Shown one piece after another: positions 1 to 14,164 of a DNA stretch of 64,000 nt; the first letter of the stretch is position 1, and every line of letters begins with the position of its first letter. Origin of the DNA: the human T2T-CHM13v2.0 reference genome, Homo sapiens; NCBI RefSeq assembly GCF_009914755.1, contig NC_060936.1. One strand, written 5' to 3'. A program made the translations under genes and the position numbers. The notes under the pieces were generated by a model. That model had not been told where the DNA came from and ran no database searches. It worked only from the letters and a program-made list of their open reading frames with translations.

Positions 1-1929
1 AAGTATATAAAAAGGGAAACAAAAGATGAGAAAAGAAAAAAGAGAAGAAAAGCTTTCCCCTAGAGTCACAAGCCTGTATACTTTTATAACACTAATGTGA
101 CATGGACCAATACTTAGAAAACTTTTTTTTTCCTCTCTGCTTTTTAAGGAGGTTTCCACCTAAAACTGCTGAGTTATTTGTGATAACAGTAATGAGCTTG
201 CTTAGTTAGGGAGCAATTAAATTGATCTACAAAATTATACAAACAGAGAGGAGATAACATGAGCAAGTTGTAATTAGTGTTTAAAAGGAAAAAAAAACAT
301 ATTTTTAAATGGAATCAGATAGATCAGTAGACTGGGGGCTTCTGTAATATTTAGGACTTCAGGGGCTCTAGCAAAGGTAAGTGGATTTTAGGGTATTTGG
401 TCCTGAGATGTGTGATGCAATTTATTTTGATACATATTTGAGAAATTTTAGTAAAGATATAAATTGCTTTTCAATGTTCTATAGACTTTAAACTGATGAT
501 GCTTGAATGTAACTTGGTGCTGACGCATGTCTCATGACAGCTCATCTGCTATAGCAACGGTATAGATGCTGGGTCAGAATGAATTGAAGTGGGTCCACTG
601 ATGATGAATCTCTTGAGAATAGATGTCAGATGCTGTGTCACCTATTTTCTCAATTCTTCCTCCCCTATATTATAGGTGCCTCAGTTCCCTCTTGCAGGCT
701 CTGGTATATTCATAGGTATAGCCCCAACTATGACTTCTTTCAATAGGAATTTAAGAGACTCCCAAGGAATTCTTTATACTACGTGAGAGAGCTGCATACC
801 AGCATATAATCTGTTCTCTATCTAGAATTTGCAGTTGCTTATGTAACTCATTACATCTTCCTCCTTGTGCACCTAATGACCTTTATGTCATAGTATTCTT
901 CTAAGGAACTAGTGAAACTGTTGGTTGCTAGTATGTATGAAACCATAAACTAGAATGCATACATACAATAGCTGCCACAAAAGTACTTTCTGCAAGTAGT
1001 ATATAAGATTTTAATTAGTATATAGTGAATGTATGCATTAAATGAGTTCTGGGCTCTGTGTTCTATTCTTTAATTTCAAGTTCTCAATTCTTAAAGAAAT
1101 ATATATTGCATTAATAATGAAGCCACTCTCATTTCAAGACAGCAGTTAAATTATTGGTTGATACAGTTTATTTTTTTGGCAACCACATTAGTTGTTCATC
1201 TCTTTTATAGTTGTGTTCTGTGGGTAGTTTTATAAAAGCATTTCACTTCACCTGAGTCTTGTAACTTTAATTTTAGCATATAAGTATGAGGTCCAACTTT
1301 CAGTTTGAAAGTTGGAAGAAGATTATTCCATAACTAGGAGAAAGAAAAAAAGCTTCACTCTAAATACTTAGAGAATTATTCTTCACAAGTTGAGACAGCC
1401 ACACTTATCCAGAGTCTGTTATCTTCATTTGCGACAATGGTGACTACTCTCTCCCATGCACTTCCCAATCTTCATTCAAGGCACATATATCTTAGAGGGA
1501 TGGTTCTAGCAGCAGCAGCTAACACATCTGGCATGAGTTCCAGTGACCCAACAGCAGCAAAGAAGAAATCTAGAATGGTTCCTTCTGCCTCATGTATAAA
1601 TATATCTAAAAGGAAACTATCTTTTTAAAGAGTGTCCCTGAAAATACTCTCATCTCTGTCTACCCACAGGGTGACCCTCTGCTTCACCAGCATAGCAGTT
1701 ATACTACCAGGATAAGGAAGAAAGTCTTTCATCAATGTTTAATAATGTACTCTTAAATAGCTTATTCTCATGCACCAACAGAGGGCCGAGAATTTGACAG
1801 CCAGAATACCAGCATCCCTCTCTCTTGTATAACTTGTTATGCCATTCAAAACGTACTTTCATTGATTCTCACCTTATGGCCCATAACTCTCTTGAGGTAT
1901 AAGAAAAAAATTATAAAAATGAGTGGATT

Positions 1930-2060
1930 ACCAAAGGTCAAAAAGTTCTAGAGATCTGCTGTACAAAATTGTGCTTCTAGTTAACAATATTGTATCATAC
2001 ACTTAATATTTGTTAATATAGATTGCATGTTATGTAGTTTTTAAAATCACAATAAACAAA
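1930..2060 (+). mobile_element. Old L1M 3'-end fragment
   Basis: aagttctagagatctgctgtacaa...gttaacaatattgtat...cacaataaa resembles an L1MA/MB 3' UTR. Confidence 0.65.
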
Positions 2061-2169
2061 AATGAGTGGCTTGTACAAAATAATATAATTAGTGACAGTA
2101 AAAAAAATAGAATGGACTACCCTGTTTCCTGGAAATACTTTACTTTTTAATTTATTACTAAAATTATTA

Positions 2170-2310
2170 TATTTCGACTTTTTAGGTTTGGGGTACATGT
2201 GAAGGTTTATTACATAGGTAAACGTGTGTTACGGGTTTTGTTGTACATATTATTTCATCACCTAGGTATTAAGCCTAGTACCCAATAGTTATCTTTTCTG
2301 CTCCTCTTTT
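2170..2310 (-). mobile_element. L1PA13-16/L1PB 3'-end fragment
   Basis: ggggtacatgtgaaggtttattacataggtaaacgtgtg...tattaagcctagtacccaatagttatcttttctgctcctct. Confidence 0.8.
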
Positions 2311-2418
2311 TTTCCTTCATTTATTTTTCCCTCCTTTCTCTCTCTTACTCTAACTCTCCCTTCCTTCTTTCTTACTTTTTTTTCTGCCTTTCTTACTTCT
2401 GTACTTTATTCCTTCCTC

Positions 2419-2531
2419 TGACTTGAAGTATGGCAGGTATTATTGTACCTTTATTTTTTTCCTCTCTGCTTTGTAAGGAGGTTTCCAGCTAAAAATAAAA
2501 GGCATTATTGTACCTGCCATACTTCAAGTCA
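2419..2531. repeat. Inverted repeat with perfect 21-bp outer arms
   Basis: TGACTTGAAGTATGGCAGGTA at 2419-2439; exact reverse complement at 2511-2531. Confidence 0.95.
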
Positions 2532-2819
2532 TTAATATATTTTCTCTTTATTCCAAACATTATATTTTAGAAAAAGGAAAACAAGCTACCATTCTACTTT
2601 GTCTTTATTCTGCCCTATTTCTTTTTTTATTTTAACATTTTTCTTTCTAAATGTCAATGTTTATCAGTGGAAGAGTCATTATAAAGACCTATTTCTTTGA
2701 AGAAAATAACAACAATAAGATTATATAACATTGTATTTAATGCAATATTTAATATCAGATTTTTAAAATATTAATATCACTTTTTAAATATTTTTCTTTT
2801 CCTATCAGTTTTATGGAAC

Positions 2820-2950
2820 TAGGAACTACTGTCATTTACATTCTACAGATAAGGGAGCTTAGGCACTAAGATGTTTAGTAACCAGCCCAACATCACAAAT
2901 TGATACAATTAGGAGTAGCCTAACTTCAGAGTTTGAACTTATTATAACTA
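2820..2950 (-). mobile_element. MIR fragment
   Basis: tacagataagggagcttaggcac...gtaaccagcccaacatcaca resembles the reverse MIR core. Confidence 0.6.
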
Positions 2951-4364
2951 CTACTTTATGTATAAAATCTATTATTATTATAATTACATTAATAATACAT
3001 TCACTCCATAAGAAAAAAAATTAAAAAAAAATAAAATACTGATTTTTTTCCCCATTCCAGACCTCTATTTCATTTTCACAGGTAACTATTCTGAGCTTTC
3101 TTGTGTGTTCTTCCAAATATTTATCAGGTATACATGTACATTCAAATAAATACACTAACATATGACATTTTAGAAAAAGTTCTATGTTCGGTGTAGCTCT
3201 ACCTTATTTTTGTACACATACAAGCATGCTTACTCTGATATCTTTCATTTTTAATTCAATTTATTATTGAGAGCGCTCTATATTAGCATCCATTTTAAAA
3301 GCTTCAAACTATTACTTTATTTCCTAATGTATATTTACATTGTATAAGAAATTTTGGTATAACTTGAAACGTATATATTTGTGTATATTTTAAAGTTATT
3401 GCAGAATAATTACTAAAGGTTATATTATCGGATGAAAGAGTATGTGTGTAAATTTACATGCCCATTAGTACATTTATAATCATTTTTCTGTGTTCTGGCT
3501 AACACTGTGTGATATTAAGATTCTTCACACAAAACACTACAAATGCTTAAAATATTTTATGCAATATTTTGGTGCTTAAATGCATCAAAATATTTAAAAT
3601 GTACCGCTCCAAAAGTAAGAAAGTGTCATGTGGAAAATTACCTTGACACAAAAGTAGCCTCCAAGTAAACTAGCGTGCAAGCTATGCCAACAATTGGGGA
3701 GCAAAAAGGTTCACAGATCAAATTGAATGACTTGAATCAATTTAAAGCAGACAGTGTAAAGCAAAGTGAAACAGATAAAATGAATTCAGACTTAGGATAT
3801 GACGTAATTAGTTGAAAAGACAACACTACACTACTTGATCCCTGGAGTATGTAATGTTCACGTTCTCTCTCTGCTATGTAGGCCTCCCCCACTACAGTAT
3901 GGATACAAGGACAAAAGTTTACATTTGAGTGTATTTTGGGCAGAGGACTCACGGGGCCATAACGGGTGTCACCAAATGTTGACTGAATTAAGACTACATG
4001 AATATTGAGTGTCTCATGTATATTTAGTATGTCATGCATATTTAATGCCCCAGGTGTCTCATGTATATTTAGTGCCTCATGAATATTGGGGAGGTATCAC
4101 TGCATTCTTGCGTCCCTTTCTATATGCACAAATATCTACTTTATCTTTCTAACAAGCACCACAGTATACTCACTTACCTCTGCTTAGCACGTGAGTTATC
4201 CTATTCATTTTCCTTTTCCAGGACAGAACTGGATATTCTCAAATATAGAGAATGCACTTGACAGCAAAAAATCCCGTGGCGACTAAATGCAAAAGATGCT
4301 GAAAATTGAAGGAAATAATAAATAAGCAAAGGTCCAAGGTACTTTTATACACTGCTGGAGATCA

Positions 4365-4745
<381 letters not shown>

Positions 4746-5949
4746 TCAATTGAGATAAAATTTTTTATTCTAGAATTTTAGCTTATATGTAATATTCTAT
4801 GAAAAAGATGAATAACACAAATATATCATTTCTAATAAAATTGAAAAAACAATGTGTGAGTACAGAATGGTAATTCTGTATTAAATATTGAATGTTACAT
4901 TCAGTAAAATGAGGCAATTTAAAATGATATTAAAAATATTGATATATTAGCATCAAATCATAATTCTAACTTTAAAATTACATATAAGTTTTATAATTTT
5001 ATTTTTGAAAGAATTTTTCAAATGATAAAAATGAAAGAGTAATTATATTCACGCTAAATACTAAACACTATAAAAATCAGCAATATATATTAAATAGATA
5101 ATTAGATAAAAACCTTAAAATTTCTTACTGTCCTCATTCAATAAAAACAACAATTTGTAAACTTACATGAAGTTATTAAATGCTTCATGGCAAAAAGATG
5201 CAACAATTTCACAAGACTGAGGGGTGGGGGTGTGTGTGTGTTTGTCTCGAAGGAATAATTCAAAAGAGGAATAATTGTCCTATGTATTATTTCTACCTTT
5301 TCTTTCAAATTCATTACAAATTGAAAACTTCTAAGTTGCACACTTAAGCTTTTTAAAATATTCCAATGAAATCATAAAAAAATACTCTAGGGGGTGTAAG
5401 ATTTCTTACCAAAAGTCAACTTGGACTAGACATTAAAGCAAATGTGAACTTTATATTCTTAAAAATTAGAAACACAATGATTGAAACTTTGCTAAATAAT
5501 TCTGATTCAATTTAGTATGCTGTCAAAACAATAGGCCTCATAGGAAAAAAATCAAATAACTTTATGTGCTTAAACATATCTTCACTTAAAACCAATCCAT
5601 TCAAGCTTCTAAAGCAAATTATTTGTATAAATTTACTTGTAATCAACTGGAATATATGCATAATAGTACAAAAATATCAGCATTTCTCTTTTTGTACAAA
5701 AATGTAACTGAAATTATTTTAATATTACTTTAAAAACTGTAGGAATTTAAACTAACTTACATTTTGATATAATTTTGACTGCTGTAAATTTGAAACATTA
5801 CAAAAAATCATATATTCTACATTTGTGGAGTTGAGCAAAGATGTGGAAAAAAGACATAATTTTCCTGTAGTTTCTCTAAATTTAGTAATAATTAAATAAT
5901 TATGTCAGAAAAAATAAACGATGCAATAATCTAAAATGTTATTTTGTGT

Positions 5950-6253
5950 TATTTTATTTATTTATTTATTTGAGGCAGGCTCTAGCTCTGTCACTCAGGC
6001 TGGAGTATATTGATGTAATCTTGGTTTTTTGCAGCCTCTGCCTCCTGAGCTCAAGGGATCCTCCCAACTCAGCCTCTTGAGTAGCTGGGACTACAAGCAT
6101 GGGCCACTGTGCCCTGCTGAATTTTGTATTTTTTGGGGAGATAAAGTTTCACCATGTTGCCCAGGCTGGTCTCAGTCTCCTGGGCTCAAGGGATCCCCCC
6201 GTGTAGGCCTCTCAAAATTCTGGGATTACAAGAGTGAACCATCACACCTGGTC
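5950..6253 (-). mobile_element. AluJ
   Basis: Diverged dimeric Alu with gggctcaag.gatcc motifs in both arms and a (TTTA)n tail. Confidence 0.9.
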
Positions 6254-7816
6254 ATGTTTTTAGTTATTTTAGTTTTTTTAATAAAACATACTAAGTCTAT
6301 ATAGTGTCATGTAAATGGATACAGAAAAACATATTTTTGTAACAGGACTTTGATAAATATTGACAAATTGTTTTAATGTAAAGTTATACGAATATGTACA
6401 CTCCCAGCAGAATATGAGGATGTCAACGTCACTATCCTGGGGTTTGCACTGAACATTAGCCACCCCTAGAATCTTCTTGATGTTTTTAGAAAATCAATTT
6501 AGTTAGGAGAGGACCCAAACAATATTTCTATGTTCATTTTTTTTTGTATTTTCTCATTTTGTCATTTAGTCATTTTCATATAGAGTTGCTGTTTTCATTT
6601 TCCTTTATGATTTATGAGACAATTTAAATGTTAGGGATATCATATTTGAACACTTTATATAAAAGAAATATGCTCTGGAACTTCACACATTTTATTTATT
6701 TTATGTCAAAAATCAACTATTTAAATGTTTACATTTCTACTCATCTTTATATTACTTTTAATACTTTATACTTTTCCATTTTGTTATTAATACACGCAAT
6801 TACAAAAAAGTAATTTTTTATTATCTCCTGTGCAAAGGTAAACCTGTTATAGTGTATTTTTGAATATTTTGAAACATTTCTAAGGATATAATAAACTGTA
6901 AATTAGAAGAATTTCTTACAGGTACATTGTGAGGTGTTTCAATAATTAAAATATATTACACAGTAATTGTCAAATGCTTCTGTAAATACAGTGCCACATT
7001 ATCCCTTTAGTAAGATACACTCAATTATTAAATATGTCGCAGTCAATTTTTAAAAGTCCCCCCAAAATAACATTAACAAATGCTGAGAAAAGTATAGGGC
7101 ATTTTAATATAAGGACTGTCTTACAAAATGGGCATTTTCTATCACAATGCTAGGGGCTTTCAGGGCCAAATTACAATTTCTGAATCTACTTTATACAAGT
7201 TTCTATTCTCTACTTGAATTAATTTAAAAATGTATTCCTTTCAACAAATGTTTTTGAGTACTCACTGTGTCCTTACACTGTGCATGTTGATGCGTCCTGC
7301 ACCATAATTGATTTTAAGATATCATGGAAAAAACCACATGTGTCAAAGATTTACTTTTGCACATATTATTTATAGAATTATTGTAAAGCCTGACTAAATC
7401 TACAATAGGACAAAACAATTATGAACTGGAGAAATATCTCATGAGTTAAGGGACAGTTACAAAATAGCCTAATGTCATTAACTACTAATAACACAGACAA
7501 TCAGAAAGGAGAAAGGAGGCTGTATGGCTGGAGTCCACTACAGATGTTTAGGGAAGAATGGGAAAGTAAGTGGAGTTACTAAGCACTGGAGTTACTCTAT
7601 GAATGAAAGGGATTATTGGTCATGAGAATATTAAAACACCTATATTTTTAAAAATTATATGAGCAGGTTCATTGCAGGGTGCCAAACTGAAATAACGTTT
7701 AACCCAAAATTTGAAATAAAGATAATTTAAAAAGTCACTGTCTGAAATATTCACAAAATAAATGACAGTTGGTTATATTAATCATCTGTATAAATCTTCT
7801 CAGACATGTATACTTA

Positions 7817-8155
<339 letters not shown>

Positions 8156-8414
8156 CTACCTAATCTTCATCACAATTTCTTAGTGCTTCTCTTAAAATTA
8201 AGACATTATAATGTCTTCAAGAATAAATACTTATAAGTTTTCATAACAAGAATATTAAAGAAATTTCTGCTAAAATAACCATTTAACTCCATTTAGAAGC
8301 TGTATCCTTGTCTTTGTCTACTTTCTATTGCTTATAATGGAATACCTGAAACTGTGTAATTTATAAAGAAAGGAAAATTGGGGTAATTCTGTGGGTTGAT
8401 AGTAACGTCCTCTT

Positions 8415-9950
8415 TGACTTGATCGTGTAGTTGCTTTATAATATCACTGGTTTACATACTTAAGTTGTTTTTGTAGTGGCTGGTAACAGTCTTTTGTTTC
8501 CATGATTAGCACTTCCTTAAGGACCTCTTGTAAGTCAGGTCTCGTGGTACGGAAAACTCCTAGCATTTGCTTATCTGAAAAGGATTTTATTTCTCCTTTG
8601 CTTATGCAGCTTAGTTTGGCTGGATATGAAATTCTTAGTTGAAATTTTTTTTCCTTAATAATGCTGGATATAATTCTCCATTCTTTTCTGGCTTCTGGAG
8701 TTTCTCCTGCAAGATCTGCTGTTAGCTTTATAGAGTTCCCTTCCTACGTCACCTGCCTCTTCTTTCTGGCTGCTTTTAATATTTTTAAATTTTGTACTGA
8801 TTTTTTAATTTTGTACGTATCATGGGGATGGTAGTCCTGTATAGAATGTCATAGAGATTCTCTGAATTTCCTGAATTTGAATGTCAGCCTCTTTAATGAG
8901 GTTGGGGGAATTATTGTGGACAATATAATCAAATATAGTTTCCAAGTTGCTTGCCCTCTCTCCTTCTCAGGGAGGCCAATAAGTCATAGGTTTGGTCTCT
9001 TTACATAATCCCATATTTCTCAGAGGTTTTGTTCATTTTTTAAGTTTTTTCTTCCTTATTGTCTGACTGTGTTGATTTGAACAACCAGCCTTTGAGCTCT
9101 GGGATTCATTCCTCTGCTTTCTCTATTCTGCTGTTAACACTTCTGATGGTATTTTGTAGTTCTTGTAGTGAGTTGTTCAGCTCTATCAGATCAGTTTGAT
9201 TCTTTCTTAAAATGGCTATTTTGTCTTTCATGTATCATTTTACTGGATTGTTTAGATTGAGTTTCAATTTTCTCCTAAAACTTTATGAACACCATTACTA
9301 TTCAGATTCTGAATTTAATGTCATTTCAGCCATTTCTGACTGGTTAAGAACCATTGCTGGGTGGCTAGTGTGATCATTTGGAAGAAAGAAGACACTCAGG
9401 ATTTTTGAATTGCAGGAATTCTTGCACTGGTTCTTTCTCATTTATGTAGGCTAATATTTCTTTAATCTTTTGAAGTTTCTGTATTTTGGACGGGGCTTTT
9501 TACTTTTACAGTCTTTGATGCCCTTGAGGGTATCAAAGTTACCTTCAATAGTATAAGATAGGTTCAGTTAACTGGCTTTGTTTCTGGCACTTTCAGGGGG
9601 CCAAGGCTCAGCTCTCCACTCCTAGGCTGTGTGCTATAACCCTGGGGGACTGGGACAAGGCCCATGGCTTTTTCTCTTGCCCCTCAAGATTAAGCATCTG
9701 CTGCACTGGAGGGGCCAAGCTATTCCCAGTCCGCTGGCAACAACCCTTTGATGGGGAGTGCTAGTAAAAGCCTTTTGTTGGAGTCATGGCAGCAGTATCC
9801 ATGCTTACCTGCATGTGCCAGCTACACCAGGATATCAGTGTGACAGTGTTTGTGCACACCAGTGGTGGTGACATGGTACAGTGCACATGCTTGCATGTGC
9901 TGGCATCTGTAGGGCAGAGACTTTGCCTGGTCCACAGGCATGCATGTGCA
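8415..9950 (-). mobile_element. L1 (L1PB/old L1PA-like) 5' UTR and ORF1 fragment
   Basis: gcatttgcttatctgaaaaggattttatttctcctttgcttatgcagcttagtttggctggatatgaaattct is the reverse of the ORF1 C-terminus. Confidence 0.8.
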
Positions 9951-9964
9951 AGCATATTCAAATG

Positions 9965-10590
9965 TTTTGAGGACAGTATGTCAAAGAGATATCTATACTC
10001 CCATTTCCTTGAAGATTTATTCACCAATTTCTGGAATTAGCTTACCCAGCTCTGAATGGATAAAGAAAATGTGCTATATAAAAACAATGGAATACTACTA
10101 TTCAGCCTTTAAAAAAAAAAAGAAATTTTGTCACTTGTGAATACAGGCATGAACCTGGAGGACATTATGTTAAGTGAAATAAGCCAGGCATAGAAAAACA
10201 AATACTACATGATCTCACTCATATGTGAAATGTAAAAAAAGTCAACCTCATAAACATACAGAGCAGAACATTGTTTCCCAAAGGGTGGTAGGCGGGTGAG
10301 GGGAAGATATTGGTCAAAGGACACAGAGCTTTAAACAGAAGGAATAAGATTGAGATCTAACGCACAGCATGTTGAGTATAGTTAAAAACAGTATATTGTA
10401 TATTTCAAAATTGCTAAGATAGTAAATTTCAAATGTTTGTTATCATCACAAAAATAAGTGTTCATAGTATTAGGTAAGTTAATTAGCTTGATTTAATAAT
10501 TCCACTTTGTATTCATCTGTCATAACAGCATGTTGTATGCACAAAATATATACAATTATAATTTGACAGTTTTCAACTCATAAAAATGTA
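9965..10590 (+). mobile_element. L1MA-type 3' end
   Basis: tggataaagaaaatgtg...aacctggaggacattatgttaagtgaaataagccaggca...aaattgctaag...ttaattagcttgatt. Confidence 0.88.
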
Positions 10591-10719
10591 TTGGGAATGG
10601 ATAGTAATGTTTCATATTAATGTCTCAACCATAATGAGAAGAAAAAGAAGGAACAGCAGAGAAACCTGAAGAGCACTAAGAGGCAGAGAATGAAAATAAT
10701 TAAGAGAGATTGTCACTAC

Positions 10720-10872
10720 AAATATGTATATGTGTGTGTGTATGTATATATATGTGTATATGTATATATGTATATATATGTGTATATGTGTATATGTATA
10801 TATATGTATATGTATATATATGTATACATATATACATATATATACACACACACACACACACATATATATATT
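10720..10872. repeat. Compound (TA/TG/CA)n microsatellite
   Basis: Seen directly. Confidence 0.95.
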
Positions 10873-11639
10873 TTCCAAAAAGAGTCACTCTGAGAGTAAA
10901 AGGAAAAACTGAGTAACTACAGCAAGGTCATGGGCATAAATGGGTTTTATCCCAGTCTAGTCAGCAGTACATAAGGCTACTATTCTCTGAAGACACTAAG
11001 AAATTAAAATTAAAAAGGCAAAGAGAAAACCAACAGAAAATTTTAACATGCAATTTAGTAGCATCTGTAATATTATTGTAATATTGTAACAGGCGTGTGT
11101 GTGTATGTGTGCGTGTGTGTGCGTAACACAGAACAACCAGCAAGATCTGCGAGTTGGTTGCCGTTAGTTCTACCTGTTTTCTTTGTTTCTACCTCACCCT
11201 GAATAGTCCAGCCATGCTATTAATTCCAGCGTTTCCCATGAGGTGAGACTAGAGTATGCTTTCTGGGAAGCACCTTGGAATGCTAGAGAAGTCGGACATC
11301 TACCTCCAGTTCTCTTTTCCTACTCTAGAGTGGGCAGAGAATCTACTCTGTCTGTTGCTTTGCCAAATTGAGGGAGGAGCGACATGGTCTAAATGAGGCC
11401 GTTCCTCTTACCCTTCTAATGCAGTTTCTATTCGCCTCTGTGTTCCACATGTTGTCTCAGGCTCATTCCTAATTTTGTGGGTTTTCAAAAAGACATTCTT
11501 GCCTGTAGATACTTCCTAGTTAAATTTTCTGTGGGGGAGGGAGGACAGCCTGGGACCTCCTATTTCACCATGTTGCAGATGTCATCCCCAATCCCGAGAC
11601 TTTGACTTTCTTCTATGCGCATCTGTCTCCCTAAATTAT

Positions 11640-12480
11640 TATCTTATTCAGAGTTGTACCCTGAACTCTGTAATGTTATATTCATCTGCCTACTGGATGT
11701 AGCTACATGAAGGTTCCACAGAGGCCTCTTGAACTCAATTTCTCCAACTGAATATAAGATTTTCTTTCCTTCCTAAGCCAATCCTCATATTATATTCATT
11801 TATGTCAGTGAAAAGCATGATAATGCACCTTGAATTTCAGGCATCATCTTGGTCCTCCCTATCTCTTTTGCCATGTAATCAATCATAAGTCCTGTCAATT
11901 CTACCTTCTATGTAGCTTCCTAGTTTGCTGCTTTATTTATTTATTCATATTGGTCAAAGTAACTCACAAGGCAACACTATAAGCAGCTGAGTCAGAGATG
12001 TGGAATTGAATCCCTGTTCTACTGTTTACTAATTATATGAAGCACCTAATTACTCTGAGGTTCAGGTTTTCTGTTTTGTTCATATAGGATAGCAATAGTT
12101 CATACCTCACTCATGGGTGAGGTATGATCTGTTACTATACAAAGTGCTTGTAAAGCACTCCTCTTGGCATAGGCTTATTCAGCAAATGTTAACTATTCCT
12201 TTTACTATTGTTAAGTATTACTAATGCAAACCACTATCATCTTATGACTAGATCACTGCCACCATCCTTTAATAATGATTTTCCTAATTCCATTATTTTA
12301 TTCACGTAGCCATTCTTTAGATTACAGAAAGAATAATATTTTAAAGACACAAATGTGAGCACATCAGTTCGCTGCCCAATGGCTACTCGTTAACTCGAGC
12401 ATAACTTTCAAATCTCTTATCACTATGCCTAAGCACTTCTTAATACGTCTCCTGTTTATCATACTAGCTTTTTCTCCTGA
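11640..12480 (+). mobile_element. L2 fragments interrupted by a MIR (about 11985-12210)
   Basis: atctgcctactggatg...gaactcaatttctcc (L2); gaatccctgttctactgtttactaa...ttcagcaaatgttaactatt (MIR). Confidence 0.6.
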
Positions 12481-13843
12481 TTCTTTCTTTACCAAAAAGT
12501 TGAACTTGAATATACCTAAGAATTGCTAAAAGTATATTAAAACTGATCGAAGAATGCACCCACATATTTTAATTTAATAAACCTAGGTTGGCGATCGGAA
12601 CTTTATATTTTAAGTTAATTCCAATCTCTCCATAGCCAACACCCAGAAGATTCTGCATAGGGAACATAACTTCAAAACCTTGATTTATGTTGCATTAAAT
12701 TCACATTTTTTGGCCTCATGTTAATAGTCACTGTTTTTCCAAACCAAAAAAAAAGCAGTGGCCCGTTAACTTTCTTTTATCATAATCCAATGCAGAAAAG
12801 CAAACTTCAGATATTTATTTGGTCTTTTACATAGGTGTTACTACTGAGAAGATAATTCACTAAGAAGTCGAAAGTTACTTACATTCCTCACTCTGTATTA
12901 ATACATCACCACACTAGCATATCAGTTTCTTATTAATTTTATTAGCATGAGTAAAACTTCCCTGAAATATGACTACTACCAGATGTAGTAATAAAACTGA
13001 GATAATTAGTATTTACAAATGAAGAGTAGATTCTGAAATAGAATATATCTCATGAAGTATAGCCTAAAAAGAGAATAAAACAAGTCTCTGGCAAGCTTGG
13101 CTTATTTTCAGCAACATCTTACATAAAATATAACCATTTCCTCTCCACATCCAGTGGTTTTCTAACTTTTATAATAAAAATGACATTTCTTTTTACTACA
13201 ATACTCAGCCATTTAAGACATAAAGTTAAGAGAATTAATCTTGTTATTTTTATTCCTTTTACAAGAGTAATTCCTTGTGTGCTCTTGAGTTTCTTTTTTT
13301 TTTTTAATGTTTGTGGTCATTATCCCTCACGTCATAAGTAACTTGATAGCCAGGGGTGTGTATGTGTCTGTATTTATGTATGAGAGAGAGAGAGAAAGAG
13401 AGAGAGGGAAAATGTGTGTGTGATTACAAAAAAAAAACTCTTCTCAGTAAAATCAGTATGATTTTGCTTTTTCCCCCTATATTTGACAGGTATAAACATG
13501 AAGATAAGAATCATGATAGGCTATTGAATAGTTTATCTGTTTGTAGTTTCGCTTCAAATATATGACTCTAAATTCAGAATAGATACATCACTTGGTGTAG
13601 TTCAGATAATTGATTCATAAGCCAGCTACATCAGGCAGGTTTTTATGGTATCTTTATAAATAGGCCAGAGCTTTCAAATGCCTGATGGTATCTCTCATGC
13701 TGACATGAAAGGCATTTAGAGGTTGGAATATGCTACCAGTACAATTTGTATTCTAGATACAGTGCATGAGACCTATTAACTTTCTATAGTACAAGTAACA
13801 AAATATCACTGAAATAAATTGAATGGTATATAAGAAATGATTT

Positions 13844-14164
<321 letters not shown>

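Noticed and set aside
515-570. Maf/ARE-like TGCTGACGCA and RFX half-site CTATAGCAAC
   Set aside because: Short motifs expected by chance; no conservation or chromatin data available
8415-10590. Opposite-strand L1 5' and 3' pieces resembling a second twin-primed insertion
   Set aside because: The pieces look like different subfamilies and I found no convincing TSD; RepeatMasker is needed to settle it
10612-10916. Overlapping ORFs on both strands
   Set aside because: Microsatellite translation
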